Positions 39,538 to 50,720 of a DNA stretch of 64,000 bases are shown in pieces. The stretch spans positions 2,112,001 to 2,176,000 of the forward strand of contig CAWDXG010000004.1 of assembly GCA_963806225.1 (NCBI GenBank), written 5' to 3'. The stretch comes from an uncultured delta proteobacterium. GTDB taxonomy: Bacteria > Myxococcota_A > Polyangia > Polyangiales > Polyangiaceae. Each line of letters starts with the position of its first letter. Positions within the stretch are counted from its first letter, which is position 1. The notes under the pieces are model-generated. The model was not told the DNA's origin. It saw only the letters and a list, made by a program, of their open reading frames with translations, and did no database searches. The position numbers and the translations under genes were made by a program.

Positions 39538-41664
39538 TCACGCCTGGGCGCTCTCGCCTTGCCGGGCGCCGCACATGTCGATGATGGCCACTAGATCAGC
39601 GGCCGCAAACGGCTTGGCCAGAAACCGCGCGTCGAGATCCTGCACCCATGGACTTGCCTCGAGCCGCTCCGGGTAGCCCGACATGAAGACGACCCCGACC
39701 CCGGGGCGAAGGCGCAGGACCTCGGCGGCGGTGTGCGGGCCGTCCAGACCCGGCATCACCACGTCGGTCAAAAGCACATCGAACGGCGTGTCGCGCTGGG
39801 CGCAGGCTACCGCGTCGGCGCCGCTTTCGACCGTGATCACCGCATAGCGCGCCGCCTCGAGGATCCTGCGCGCGACGTTGCGGACTGCCGGCTCGTCCTC
39901 CACCAGAAGCACCGTGCCTCGCACGGACGCGCGGACGGTGGCGGACGGCGCTTGCTCCTTGTCCTGTTCCCGCTGTACCGCTGGCTGCGCTTCGGGCAGG
40001 TAGAACCGGAAGGTGGTGCCCCTTCCCTGCTCGCTTTCTACCTCGACCCTCCCGCCGGACTGCGTCGCGATCGCATAGACGGTCGCGAGTCCCAGCCCCG
40101 TTCCCCTGCCGGGCCCCTTGGTGGTGTAGAAAGGCTCGAAGATGTGAGGCAGCGTCACGTCGTCGATACCATCTCCACTGTCGTGCACTTCCAGCATCAC
40201 GCAGGCCCCCGGGTCCTCATGCGCCGCGCCCCCGGCTTCACGAGCCACGCGGATGTCCACGCGACCCTCGCCGGCTATCGCATCGCGCGCGTTGAGCACC
40301 AGGTTCATCACGACCTGCTCGACCTGCGCGGGATCGGCCAGCGCATACAGCTCCTCTTCGGGGGTCTCGAGATGGAGAACGATGCTCTTGCCGAGCGTCC
40401 GTTCGAGAATGCCCACCAGCCCGGTCACGATTGGCGCGATGGAGACCACCCGCGGCTTGCGCCTCTCGCGGCCGGCAAACGTGAGTAGCTGCTTGGTCAA
40501 CGCCGCAGCGCGCTCGGTCGCTTCGCCGATCCCCTTCGCCAGTTCGGCCGAGCGCCCTCCCTCGTTGGCAATCATATCGGCGGAGGCGCCGATCACCGTG
40601 AGCAGGTTGTTGAAGTCGTGCGCGACCCCGCCCGCCAGGCGGCCGACGGTCTCCATACGCTGCGCCTGGAACAGCTGTTGTTCCAGCTGTCGCGCCTCCG
40701 TGATGTCGCGAACGAAGCCCTGGTAGTGAAGCGTCCTTCCGAGGTCGTCGCGAATGCTGCGCCCGTAGAGCTGGACGGTAACCTGCTTTTTGTCCTTGCG
40801 ACGCCACGAGAGCTCGGTCGCTTCGAGTGTCGTTCCATCTGCCGACTGGGCCGCCAGGCGCCGCCGATCGGCCGGATCCGCGTAGAAGCCCTCGGCATTC
40901 CTGCCAATGAGCTCCGCCGGAGATGCGTAGCCGAGGATGCGTGCAAAGGCCGGATTCGCATCGAGAATGGTTCCGTCAACGCGCGTGCGGAACACCCCCT
41001 CGATCGCATCCTCGAACAGGCTCTTGTAGCGCCCTTCACTCGCCTTGAGTCCGTCACGCGCCCGGTCGAAATGCAGCATCAAGAAGCCAGCGCCGATCGC
41101 CACGCGGAGCATCAGCGTAACCATCATGCCCCACGGAGCGAGACGGACGTGGCTGCCAAGTAGAGGGAAATCGAAGTAGTTCACTCCCAGGAGTACGAGG
41201 GCGATGCCGGGCATCCAGGCGCCCCCCCCGGACATGTCCGCGGCGCGGAGCACGGTGATGCCGGTCCATGCCGTGGCCAGAGCCAGAAACGCCATCGGCG
41301 CAAACATCGGCAGCGGCCACGGCACTCCCAACCATTTCATCACGCCGGCGCACACGATCGAGAGGGGCGCCGCAATCCACCAGCCGCGCCCCATGGGGCG
41401 CGCTGCGAACTCGGTCGTCCCGCGCATCAAGAGCAGCGACTGCCCGAGCACTGCAAACGCCGCGACCCCTTCGAGGAGCGCACCTCCTCCTCGAGCGATG
41501 ATCATGGCGCTGCCCGCCACGCTGGCCCCGGCGTCCGCCAGCCATGCGAGAGCCCACAGCCGCAGGTGCGGCGACGGCTCCTTCGCGTGGATACTTTCGA
41601 AGATCCATGCGAGCAGGACATCCGCAAGCACGAGTCCTACCGAAATCGACAACAACGCCGGCAC
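39538..41664 (-). CDS. Membrane PAS hybrid sensor histidine kinase / receiver
   Basis: About 7 TM helices, PAS, GGVAHDFNNLL, NLVLNARDA, DSGDG, GTGLGL, receiver LLTDVVMP; start approximate. Confidence 0.92.
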   Translation of the reverse strand: MPALLSISVGLVLADVLLAWIFESIHAKEPSPHLRLWALAWLADAGASVAGSAMIIARGGGALLEGVAAFAVLGQSLLLMRGTTEFAARPMGRGWWIAAPLSIVCAGVMKWLGVPWPLPMFAPMAFLALATAWTGITVLRAADMSGGGAWMPGIALVLLGVNYFDFPLLGSHVRLAPWGMMVTLMLRVAIGAGFLMLHFDRARDGLKASEGRYKSLFEDAIEGVFRTRVDGTILDANPAFARILGYASPAELIGRNAEGFYADPADRRRLAAQSADGTTLEATELSWRRKDKKQVTVQLYGRSIRDDLGRTLHYQGFVRDITEARQLEQQLFQAQRMETVGRLAGGVAHDFNNLLTVIGASADMIANEGGRSAELAKGIGEATERAAALTKQLLTFAGRERRKPRVVSIAPIVTGLVGILERTLGKSIVLHLETPEEELYALADPAQVEQVVMNLVLNARDAIAGEGRVDIRVAREAGGAAHEDPGACVMLEVHDSGDGIDDVTLPHIFEPFYTTKGPGRGTGLGLATVYAIATQSGGRVEVESEQGRGTTFRFYLPEAQPAVQREQDKEQAPSATVRASVRGTVLLVEDEPAVRNVARRILEAARYAVITVESGADAVACAQRDTPFDVLLTDVVMPGLDGPHTAAEVLRLRPGVGVVFMSGYPERLEASPWVQDLDARFLAKPFAAADLVAIIDMCGARQGESAQA

Positions 41665-41851
41665 GGCCAAGTCCTCTCCCCCCCGGTTCGAGGGTAACGC
41701 CCCGCGGGCATTCTTGCGAGGGGCTCGACAATCTGGCCTCACAGCCAGTCAGCGCCGCGACTGACAATCTGTGAAGTAGTCGATTTCTTGAGGAAACCCG
41801 CTGGCGCAGGCCTGCTGTGGCGAGATGGCACACTCCCCCGGGCGGCGGGCG

Positions 41852-42322
41852 CTACGCGACGAGCAGCCGCTCGAGCTCGAGCGTGCCGGGATGCAGCGTC
41901 CACATGGCGCGGCCGCGTTCTACGAGCGAGACCTGCGCCGGCCGTAGCGGGGGAAACGCGGGCCGACCCACCAGCACGGCGCCGAGGGCGGAGATGCCGG
42001 GCTCGTGTCCGACCACGGCAACCGCGGCGCCGCGCGCGGCGAGCGCTTCCGCGGCGGCCTCGGGCGGCACACCCGGGCTGAGCGCGGGCAGCGTCGTGAC
42101 CACGTCGTCGAAACCGATGCTGCGCGCGAGCAGCTCTGCGGTCTGCACCGCGCGCACCAGTGGGCTCGCGAGCAGGGCGTCGAGCGTCACGCCGTCCGCG
42201 GCGAGCTTCGCTCCGACCGCCAGCATCAGCTTCCGCCCCTCCTCGGAGAGGTAGCGATGCGCATCGACGAGCCCGGCGTGCTCCTGCACCGCGAGTGAAT
42301 GCCGCACCAGGAAGACCTTCAC
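41852..42322 (-). CDS. sixA: SixA-family phosphohistidine phosphatase
   Basis: FLVRHS, SPLVRAVQTA, VVGHEP. Confidence 0.85.
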   Translation of the reverse strand: MKVFLVRHSLAVQEHAGLVDAHRYLSEEGRKLMLAVGAKLAADGVTLDALLASPLVRAVQTAELLARSIGFDDVVTTLPALSPGVPPEAAAEALAARGAAVAVVGHEPGISALGAVLVGRPAFPPLRPAQVSLVERGRAMWTLHPGTLELERLLVA

Positions 42323-42431
42323 GCCGGCAGCCTGGGGGCCGCCGACCTCCGGTGTCAACGGCTGGCCGGAAGACCCCGTATTTCCAGCATCTTGCCGCCT
42401 TGTGCGCAGACTTTGCGCAGGTGTGGGTGGC

Positions 42432-42460
42432 TTGACCACTATCTGCACCATGGCTAGGTT
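42432..42460 (+). promoter_or_regulatory. Sigma70-type promoter of the gap operon
   Basis: TTGACC-17 nt-TAGGTT upstream of gap. Confidence 0.6.
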
Positions 42461-42543
42461 CCCGAGCCCGCGCAGATGCTGCCGGCGGGCTCTGGCCGCA
42501 GTTTGCATGGCTGCGCGGTCCCCAGCACAGGCGAGGAGCACTC

Positions 42544-43563
42544 ATGGCAACGAAGATCGGTATCAATGGCTTCGGGCGCATCGGCCGCTGCATTCTGCGG
42601 GCGATCCACGACAACAAGATCGACGACCTGGAAATCGTCGCGATCAACGACCTCACGGACACGAGGACCCTCGCCCACCTGTTGAAGTACGACTCGGTCC
42701 ACCGCACCTTCAAGACGGCTTCCGTCGGCCACACGGACAAGGGTCTGACCGTGGACGGTAGGGACATTGCCGTCACCGCTATCAAGGATCCCAAGGAGCT
42801 GCCGTGGAAGAGCCACGGCGTCGACATCGTGCTCGAGTGCACGGGCCTGTTCACCGACAAGAACAAAGCCATCGGCCACATCGAAGCCGGCGCGAAGAAG
42901 GTGCTCATCAGCGCCCCCGCGAAGAACCACGACCTGACCGTGGTGATGGGCGTGAACAGCGACCAGTACGACGGCTCGCAGCACGTCATCTCCAACGGCT
43001 CCTGCACGACGAACTGTCTAGCCCCGGTGGCGAAGGTGTTGCTCGACAACTTCGGCGTCGAGCGCGGCCTGATGACAACGGTGCACTCGTACACCAACGA
43101 CCAGAACCTGCTGGACCTGCCGCACCGCAAGGGCGACCTCCGACGCGCCCGCGCCGCCGCGCTCAGCATGATCCCGACCAGCACCGGCGCCGCCAAAGCG
43201 GTCGCGCAGGTCATCCCGGCGCTCGAAGGAAAGTTCGACGGCCTCGCCATCCGCGTTCCGACGGCGGACGTATCGGTCGTCGATCTCAGCGTCACGACCG
43301 AGAAGCCGATCAGCGTGGCGGCGATCAACGCCGCGATGAAGAAGGCGGCCGAGAGCGGCCCGATGAAGGGCTTCCTCTACTACACGGAGGAAGAGCTGGT
43401 ATCGAGCGACTTCATCGGCCACCCCGGCTCCAGCATCTTCGACGCCACCATGACCAAGCAGATGGGCGACCGCTTCGCGAAGGTGTTTTCCTGGTACGAC
43501 AACGAGTGGGGCTTCTCGATGCGCATGATCGACCTGGCCCGGCTCGTAGCGAAGAAGCTCTAG
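42544..43563 (+). CDS. gap: Glyceraldehyde-3-phosphate dehydrogenase
   Basis: [24 protein letters not shown]. Confidence 0.98.
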   Translation: MATKIGINGFGRIGRCILRAIHDNKIDDLEIVAINDLTDTRTLAHLLKYDSVHRTFKTASVGHTDKGLTVDGRDIAVTAIKDPKELPWKSHGVDIVLECTGLFTDKNKAIGHIEAGAKKVLISAPAKNHDLTVVMGVNSDQYDGSQHVISNGSCTTNCLAPVAKVLLDNFGVERGLMTTVHSYTNDQNLLDLPHRKGDLRRARAAALSMIPTSTGAAKAVAQVIPALEGKFDGLAIRVPTADVSVVDLSVTTEKPISVAAINAAMKKAAESGPMKGFLYYTEEELVSSDFIGHPGSSIFDATMTKQMGDRFAKVFSWYDNEWGFSMRMIDLARLVAKKL

Positions 43564-43580
43564 CCACACGGGGGGTTTTC

Positions 43581-44801
43581 ATGGCCACGACTCTTTCGGG
43601 CATCCGCTGTATCGACGAGCTCGAGCTGGAGAATCGACGCGTCTTTCTGCGCGTGGACTTCAACGTTCCGCTCGACAAGAAGACGCAGAAGATCACCGAC
43701 GACGAGCGCATCGTCGCGGCGCTGCCGACCATCCGCCATGCCATGGAGGCCGGCGCGCGGGTGATCCTGGCGTCCCATCTCGGCCGGCCGAAGGGCAAGG
43801 TCGTTCCGGAGCTCGGGCTGGAGCCCGTGGGCGCGCGGCTCAGCGAGTTGACGGGTTGGGACGTGCTCCTGCCCGACGACTGCGTCGGCGACGCGGCCAA
43901 GAAGGTCGTCAGCGACATGCGCGACGGGCAGGTCGTGCTGCTGGAAAATCTCCGTTTCCACGCCGAGGAAGAGAAGAACGACGAAGGCTTCGCACGCGAG
44001 CTGGGCTCGCTGGCGGACGTCTACGTCGACGACGCGTTCGGCGCGGCTCATCGCGCTCACGCCTCGGTCGAGGCGCTACCCCGGCTGATGCGCGAGCGCG
44101 CAATGGGCTTCCTCGTGCGCGACGAGATCACCGCGCTCGGCCGCATCACGGGCTCGCCCGAGCGGCCCTTCGTGGCCGTCCTGGGCGGCGCAAAGGTGAC
44201 GGACAAGCTCGGCGTCATCGAAGCCCTGCTCGGCAAGTGCGACGCGCTGTGCATCGGCGGCGCTATGGCCAACACGCTGCTGGCCGCGCGCGGCGCCGAC
44301 ATGAAGGCGTCGAAGATCGAGGAAGATCAGCTCGCCCTCGGCCGCACGCTGCTGGAAAGGGCGCGCGAGCGCGGGGTGGACGTGCTCTTGCCGACCGACG
44401 TGGTGGTAGCCGGAGGCCTCGACGCGACCGAGGGACGCACGGTCAAGGTCGGCGAGGTGCCCGAAGGGCAGATGGCGCTCGACATCGGCCCCGCCTCGGT
44501 GCAGGCCTTCAAGGAGCGCATCGAGAAGGCGAAGACCGTATTCTGGAACGGCCCGATGGGGCTGTTCGAGAGCGCGGCGTTCGCCGGGGGGACCGCCGGG
44601 GTCGCACGCGCCCTGACCGAATCGCGCGCCTTCACGGTGGTGGGCGGCGGCGACAGCGCCGCGGCCGTGCGCGGCCTCGGCAAGGACGTGGCCGAGCGCA
44701 TCGGGTTCATCTCGACCGGCGGCGGCGCCGCGCTCGAGCTGCTCGAGGGCAAGAAGCTGCCCGGGATCGAGGCGCTGCGCGCCCCGGGCTCCACCGACTG
44801 A
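43581..44801 (+). CDS. pgk: Phosphoglycerate kinase
   Basis: RVDFNVP, SHLGRP, LENLRF, GGAKV, WNGPMG, GGGDS, STGGGA. Confidence 0.98.
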   Translation: MATTLSGIRCIDELELENRRVFLRVDFNVPLDKKTQKITDDERIVAALPTIRHAMEAGARVILASHLGRPKGKVVPELGLEPVGARLSELTGWDVLLPDDCVGDAAKKVVSDMRDGQVVLLENLRFHAEEEKNDEGFARELGSLADVYVDDAFGAAHRAHASVEALPRLMRERAMGFLVRDEITALGRITGSPERPFVAVLGGAKVTDKLGVIEALLGKCDALCIGGAMANTLLAARGADMKASKIEEDQLALGRTLLERARERGVDVLLPTDVVVAGGLDATEGRTVKVGEVPEGQMALDIGPASVQAFKERIEKAKTVFWNGPMGLFESAAFAGGTAGVARALTESRAFTVVGGGDSAAAVRGLGKDVAERIGFISTGGGAALELLEGKKLPGIEALRAPGSTD

Positions 44802-44813
44802 CGGGAGACACAC

Positions 44814-45581
44814 ATGGCACCGCGCCGACAGCCGCTGATCGCCGGCAACTGGAAGATGCACCACGGCGGCGGCTCCGGCCGCGCCCTGGCCCACGACATC
44901 GTGACCGGCTGCGGGGATCTCGCGGCGGTCGACGTGGTCGTCGCGCCGCCTTTCACGGCCCTGGCCGCCATCGCCCACGAGGTGCGCGGCAGCCGCGTCA
45001 CCGTGGCCGCGCAGAACCTCCATCCCGAGCCCAAAGGCGCCTTCACCGGCGAGGTGAGCGCGCCCATGCTGCTGGAATCCGGCTGCTCCTGGGTGATCAT
45101 CGGCCACAGCGAGCGGCGGCATCTGTTCGGCGAAAGCGACGATTTCGTCCAGCAGAAGGTCGCGGCCGCTATCGCCGCGGGCCTCAGGCCCATCGCCTGT
45201 CTGGGCGAGACCCTGGAGGAGCGTGAAGCGGGCAGGACGCTCGAAGTGGTGTTCCGGCAGCTCGACGTTTTCATCAATCATTTCGCGAACAAGCCTGCCT
45301 TCGGCGTGATGGCCTACGAGCCGGTCTGGGCCATCGGCACGGGCAAGGTGGCCACCGCCGAGCAGGCGCAGGAAGTGCACGCAGCCCTGCGCGGCCGGCT
45401 CGCCGAACGCTCCACGGAGCTGGCGCAGGGCACCCGCATCCTGTATGGAGGCAGCGTCAAACCGGACAACGCGGCCGGCCTACTCGGCTGTCCGGACATC
45501 GACGGCGCCCTCGTAGGAGGCGCGGCGCTCGATGCGGCGTCCTTCGCGAAAATCGTGGAAGCGGCGCCGTCGCAGGTCTAG
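44814..45581 (+). CDS. tpiA: Triosephosphate isomerase
   Basis: AGNWKM, GHSERR, AYEPVWAIGTG, YGGSV. Confidence 0.98.
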   Translation: MAPRRQPLIAGNWKMHHGGGSGRALAHDIVTGCGDLAAVDVVVAPPFTALAAIAHEVRGSRVTVAAQNLHPEPKGAFTGEVSAPMLLESGCSWVIIGHSERRHLFGESDDFVQQKVAAAIAAGLRPIACLGETLEEREAGRTLEVVFRQLDVFINHFANKPAFGVMAYEPVWAIGTGKVATAEQAQEVHAALRGRLAERSTELAQGTRILYGGSVKPDNAAGLLGCPDIDGALVGGAALDAASFAKIVEAAPSQV

Positions 45582-45602
45582 CCCCACACATCCGCAGTCG
45601 TC

Positions 45603-45920
45603 ATGCTCGAGCTTCTCCACACCCCCCTCCTCGTCCTGCACATCTCCGCGTGCATGTTTCTGATGCTCGTCGTGCTCCTGCAGCCCGGCCAGAGCGGCGG
45701 GCTTGGCGCGCTGACAGGCCAGGGCGCCACGCAGGTGTTCGGCGGGCGCGGCGCCGGCACGTTCCTGTCCAAGACGACCTGGGTCACCGCGACCATCTTC
45801 TTCGTCACGAGCATCACGCTGGCCTACGCGTCGTCGTCCAGCGACGAGTCGCTGCAGCAGCGCGCCAAGAGCGCGCAGCATCAGGACACGATCCCGGTCA
45901 AGGCACCGGCGAAGAAGTAG
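45603..45920 (+). CDS. secG: Preprotein translocase subunit SecG
   Basis: VVLLQPGQSGGLG, FGGRGAGTFLSKTT; usual position after tpiA. Confidence 0.92.
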   Translation: MLELLHTPLLVLHISACMFLMLVVLLQPGQSGGLGALTGQGATQVFGGRGAGTFLSKTTWVTATIFFVTSITLAYASSSSDESLQQRAKSAQHQDTIPVKAPAKK

Positions 45921-45942
45921 CTGCCGCGGCGGCCGAGGAGCG

Positions 45943-47430
45943 ATGTCGTCCGGCAGCGGGGCCATCGCCGAGGCAACAACCCCCGACCCGACCATGACCA
46001 CGGCGACGCGCCGCGACGCACTGCTCGTCGCGGGCGCGAAGGTCCTGGTGTCGCTGGCTGTGTTGTGGACCGGTTTTCGCGCGGTCAGCGACGACGACTT
46101 CGCGCGCGTCGTGATCGCCCAGCGCTTCGCGCACGCGCCGTCGCTCGATCCGAGCGGCACAAGCTGGCTGCCGCTTCCGTTCTGGCTCAACGGCGGCGTG
46201 ATGGACGTGTTCGGCAGCAGCATCGACGTGGCGCGCGCGACGGCCTTCGTGCTCGGCATCGCCGCGGCCGTCGTGGTCCACGTCGCGGCGCGCTGGCTCG
46301 GCGCCTCGCGACGCGGCGCGCTGCTCGGCGCGCTCCTCGCGTGCTGTATCCCGTATGCGGCCTGGCTCGGCGTAGCGACGGTACCCGACTATCCGACGGC
46401 CGCGCTGATCCTCTTGGGAGCGGCGGGCGCCGCCGCGCCGCCGCGCCAGCGCTTCATCGCCTCGCTCGCGCTCGCGGCGGCATGCCTGTCGCGCTACGAG
46501 GCCTGGCCGGTCGCGGCGGCGTTCGCGCTCTTCGCCGTGTGGGACGCATTCCGCCGCCGCTCGTGGTGGTTCGGCGCAAGCGCGCTGGTGGCCGCGGCGG
46601 GGCCGCTCGGCTGGATGCTGCACGGCGTGATGGCGCACGGTGACGCGCTGTTCTTCGTCAATCGCGTGGCGGCGTACCGCCGCGCTGTCGGCGCGGCTCC
46701 CGCGTCCGTGCTGGTGCGCCTGACGGCCTTCCCGCTCAGGGTGCTGCGCTGCGAGCCGGAGGTCGCAGTGGTGTCGCTGGCAGCGCTCGGCGCGGCCGTC
46801 TCCCTCGGTCTTTCGACGGAGCTCCGCCGCTATCGCCGCGCGGGGATCCTGCTGCTCGCGTTGCTGGTGTTCCTGGTGGTGGGCGATCTGCGCGACGGCG
46901 CGCCGACGCATCACGCCGAACGCGCGGTGCTGGCCATCTGGCTCGCCGGCGCCGTGCTGACCGGCGATCTCGCCCTGCACGCCTGGAGGGCCCTCCACGG
47001 GCGCGGCCGCGGCGTGTTCACGGCGCTGCTGGTCGCGGGCGTCGCGCTCGCCACGCTGATGGTCCGGCCCTGGTTCGCCCGCCGCGACGCATTCATCGAC
47101 CGCGAGCCCGAGATCGAGGTGGGCGAAAAGGCGCGCCATGCGGTCCTTCCGCATGGCGGGCGGATACTGATCGACACGCCGGACTTCGCTTTCTACGCCA
47201 TCATCGCCGGGCTCGGCCGCCCGTCGCAGGCCGTCCCGCTCGACGATCACGACCCGCGCCACCCGCGTCCGCCCGACCCGTTCAGCTCGACGGCGACGCT
47301 GCGCGCCCGGGCCCGCGCGGCGCACGCGCGCTACCTGATCGCCACAGGCGCCCACGTGCTCTCGCTCCCGGATGCCGGCGACATCCTCGCCGGCAGCAGC
47401 CGCTACATGCTCGTCCGGCTGCGCCCCTAG
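45943..47430 (+). CDS. Polytopic membrane protein, GT-C/PMT-like glycosyltransferase
   Basis: Many TM helices, SDDD in first loop, WLPLPFW, SRYEAW. Confidence 0.6.
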   Translation: MSSGSGAIAEATTPDPTMTTATRRDALLVAGAKVLVSLAVLWTGFRAVSDDDFARVVIAQRFAHAPSLDPSGTSWLPLPFWLNGGVMDVFGSSIDVARATAFVLGIAAAVVVHVAARWLGASRRGALLGALLACCIPYAAWLGVATVPDYPTAALILLGAAGAAAPPRQRFIASLALAAACLSRYEAWPVAAAFALFAVWDAFRRRSWWFGASALVAAAGPLGWMLHGVMAHGDALFFVNRVAAYRRAVGAAPASVLVRLTAFPLRVLRCEPEVAVVSLAALGAAVSLGLSTELRRYRRAGILLLALLVFLVVGDLRDGAPTHHAERAVLAIWLAGAVLTGDLALHAWRALHGRGRGVFTALLVAGVALATLMVRPWFARRDAFIDREPEIEVGEKARHAVLPHGGRILIDTPDFAFYAIIAGLGRPSQAVPLDDHDPRHPRPPDPFSSTATLRARARAAHARYLIATGAHVLSLPDAGDILAGSSRYMLVRLRP

Positions 47431-49500
47431 AAGCAGGCCAGGAGCTGGACGACCGCATACGGGCTGAAGGCGAACTTCTGCCAACCGCCGGTGGCGGTCA
47501 GGGCGAACATGATATCCGGTCCCTTGCCCGCGCCGTCGCCCCACACCTGGTACCGGTAGATATCCGAGGTGGTCTGGATGAGGAAGTACATCGACGTTCC
47601 CTTCGTGACCTTCGGCCGGTTGGGAAACTTGAACAGGATCTTGCTCTGCTTGGCGGGAACCGCATTGCCCGTGAGCGTCGCTGTGTCGAGCAGGGTGGAC
47701 TTGCCGCCGGGCACGCCGACGTAGGCAGCCAGCGTCAAGTTACCGATCTTCAGACCCTTGACCTGCTGGGACAGCATCACCAGCGTCACGGCCGCGAGAT
47801 TCCCGTTGCGCCCCGGCACGTAGGTCACGGCCTCGGGGCTGGTGGGCGAGACGATGCCCTGGAATCCCACACTCGCGACTGTGTAGCTCATGTCGACACC
47901 GACCGTGCGGTCGTCGGACGTTCTGGCATACCGTCTTGCCGGGAGAGGTGGAGCAGACGTAGCTCGATGTGCTGCAGATGCCGCACACGGTCCCGACCGT
48001 GGGCGTCCCCTCCATGCACACCATCGACGTGCCGCTGCACTGGTAGGTGCCGCAGCTGCCGCAGGTGCCGCCCACGGTGCCCGGCAACGTGCCACAGCCG
48101 CCGCAGGCGTTGGTGTCGTCCGGCGTCTCGCACACCGTCTTGTCGGTGCCGAAGCAGACGTATTGGCTCGTGCCGCACTTACCGCACTTGGCGCCAGGCT
48201 GGTTCACGAGAGCCGTGCAGCCGCCGCAGGCGTTCGTGTCGTTCGCGTTCTGGCACGCGGTCGAGTCCTTGCCCGTACAGGCGTAGCTGCTCTTCCCGCA
48301 CGTGCCGCAGCTGGTGCCCGGCGGGTGCGACAACACCGTGCAGCCCTTGCAGGCGTTGGTGCCGGGGTCGTTGCAGACCAGGCTCTTGTTGTCGGTGGAG
48401 CACTCGAGCTGGCCGCAGCTGCCGCAGGCGCCGCCGATCGAGCCGCTGAGCGTGGTGCACGTACCGCACGCATTCACGTCGTTCGGGTTCTGGCAGGTCG
48501 TCGACAGGTTGTCGGGGGAGCAGACGTACTGCGAGGTGCCACAGGTCCCGCAGCTCGTACCGGGCGCCGGGGTCTTCACCGGGTCGCTGCACTTGGTGGT
48601 CTCGGTCGTGTCGCAGGCGTACTGGCCCGAGCCGCACACCCCGCAGGACGTGCCGGGCGGGTTTGCCAGCGTCGTGCAGCCGTTGCACGTGTTCGTGGGC
48701 GTAGCGCCACTGCACTTCAGCGCGTCGGTGCCGTTGCAGACCAGCTTGCCGCCGCAGGTACCGCAGCTGTCGCCCGGCTTGCCGGCGAGCGTGGTGCAGC
48801 CGCCGCAGAGGTTGGTACCGGGATCGTTGCAGACCAGGCTCTTGCCGTCGGTCGAGCACTCGAGCTGGCCGCAGGTCTTGCACGGGTCGCCCACCTTGCC
48901 GCTGAGCGTCGTGCACGTGCCACAGGCGTTCGTGCCCGGGTCGTTGCACACGAGCTTCGTGCCGTCGGTCGAGCACTCGAGCTGTCCGCACTGTCCACAC
49001 GGGTCGCCGACCGCGCCGCTGAGGATCGTGCACACGCCGCACTGGTTCAGACCGGGGTCGCCGCACTCGAGCTTGGTGCCGTCGGTCGAGCACTGGTACT
49101 GACCGCACTGGCCGCACAGATCGCCGGGCAGGACGCCGCCGAGGTCGGTGCAGGTACCGCAGGCGTTGACCGAGCAGGCCTCCGCGGCGGCGTCGCCGGA
49201 AGCGTCGGGCGCGGCGTCCGGCGTCGCGTCGGGCGCGGCGTCCGGCGCCGCATCGGGCCCGGCATCCGGAGTCGCATCGGGCCCGGCATCCGGCTGGGCC
49301 GCGTCGGTGCTGACATCGGGCGCTGCGTCCGGAGAAGCCTCCACATTGCCGTCTGGGCCACTTCCATCGGGCACGTAGGACCCGTCGGCTCCGTACGGGT
49401 TGCCACCGTCGGGGTGCTTCTTCGATTCCTCGGAACCGCAGGCCGGCAGAAGGATGCCGATGAACAGAAGGGACAGAAAAAGCGTACGAATACGGAACAT
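47427..49500 (-). CDS. Large Cys-rich repeat lipoprotein; apparent +1 frameshift near 47921
   Basis: Lipobox LPAC, PDA/DAG linker, about 11 repeats of roughly 39 aa (NxCGxCxxLxGxxGxxCGxCGxxxC...C); C-terminal beta domain in the adjacent frame ending AVVQLLACF*. Confidence 0.8.
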
Positions 49501-49664
49501 CGATCCTCCCGGGGAGCGAAGCGAGCCGCCTCCGATTGTCGGCCCAGCCCGACTATCGGGACAAGGCTTGATCCCTGTCGATGAAAAAGGGGTCGGAGCG
49601 ATCCCTACACGACAAACCGGCTGGCCGGTTCTCAGCGGAGCAGGATTCGTGCATAATCGGGAAG

Positions 49665-50660
49665 ATGCGACGGACGCTCCTGGCTCTGCTGCTCGCCGCG
49701 CCGCTCGCGCTGTCGGCACGGAGCGCGCGCGCGACGGGCCACAAGCTGCGCATCGCGACGATGGCACCGAAGAGCTCGTCGTGGGGCAAGCTGTTCAGCG
49801 TCTGGCAGCGCGCCGTCGACAAGAAGACGCACGGCCGGCTCGCGCTCACCGTCTACTACAACGGCGTCCAGGGCAGCGACGACACGATGGTCGGCAAGAT
49901 GCGCAGCGGCCAGCTCGACGGCGCCGCGCTCACCTCGGTCGGCCTGTCCCGCATCTATCGCGACGTGATGGTGCTGCAGCTGCCCGGCGTCGTCGATTCG
50001 TGGGCGGAGCTCGACAAGGTGCGCGCGGGCCTTGGTCCCGATCTCGAGAAGGGCTTCGAGAAGAAGGGCTTCCACCTACTCGGCTGGGGCGACGTGGGGC
50101 TGGTGCGTCAGATGAGCCACGGCTTCGCGGTGCACCGCCCGTCGGACCTGCACGGCCATCACCCGGTCATGTGGCAGGGCGAACCGATGGCGCCGCTCGT
50201 CTACTCCAGCATTGGCCAGGTGGTGCCGGTCGCGCTCGGACCGATGGAGGTGCTGCCTGCCCTGCGCGCGCGCAAGGTGGACGTGGTCAACGCGCCGTCG
50301 CTGGCCGCCGAGCAGCTGCAGTGGACGCCCTACCTGGATCACATCGCGAGCACCGTCAGCGTTTGCGCCATCGGCGGAACAGTGATCCGCCAGAAGGCCC
50401 TCGACGACCTGCCCGCCGACCTCCGGAAGACCTTCTTCGAGCTCGAAGAGCGTCTGCAGAAGCTCAGCAAACACCGCGTGCGCCAGCTCGACGCCGCGTC
50501 GTACAAGCGCCTCGTCCGCCGCATGCAGGTCGTGAGCACAACCCCCGCCGATCAGGCCGCCTGGCGCAAGGTGCTGGTCCGCGCGGTCCAGCGCCTGGCC
50601 CAGGGGACGTACGACCCCGCTCTCATCAAGCGCGTGCTTGCGATCACCGGCAAGCACTGA
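49665..50660 (+). CDS. TRAP transporter substrate-binding protein (DctP/TatP-like)
   Basis: Signal peptide, LRIATMAPKSSSW, KMRSGQLDGAALT, LLGWGDVG. Confidence 0.85.
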   Translation: MRRTLLALLLAAPLALSARSARATGHKLRIATMAPKSSSWGKLFSVWQRAVDKKTHGRLALTVYYNGVQGSDDTMVGKMRSGQLDGAALTSVGLSRIYRDVMVLQLPGVVDSWAELDKVRAGLGPDLEKGFEKKGFHLLGWGDVGLVRQMSHGFAVHRPSDLHGHHPVMWQGEPMAPLVYSSIGQVVPVALGPMEVLPALRARKVDVVNAPSLAAEQLQWTPYLDHIASTVSVCAIGGTVIRQKALDDLPADLRKTFFELEERLQKLSKHRVRQLDAASYKRLVRRMQVVSTTPADQAAWRKVLVRAVQRLAQGTYDPALIKRVLAITGKH

Positions 50661-50720
50661 CCCGGGGGCCTGCTCCGCAGCAATTTCGCCCCGCCCGCGG
50701 GGCCCGACTACACTCCGCGC

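Noticed and set aside
42804..43580. Apparent N-terminal extension of Pgk (also seen for BoxB, HscB, DUF2063)
   Set aside because: Off-frame read-through of upstream genes, typical of high-GC DNA; true starts match family N-termini
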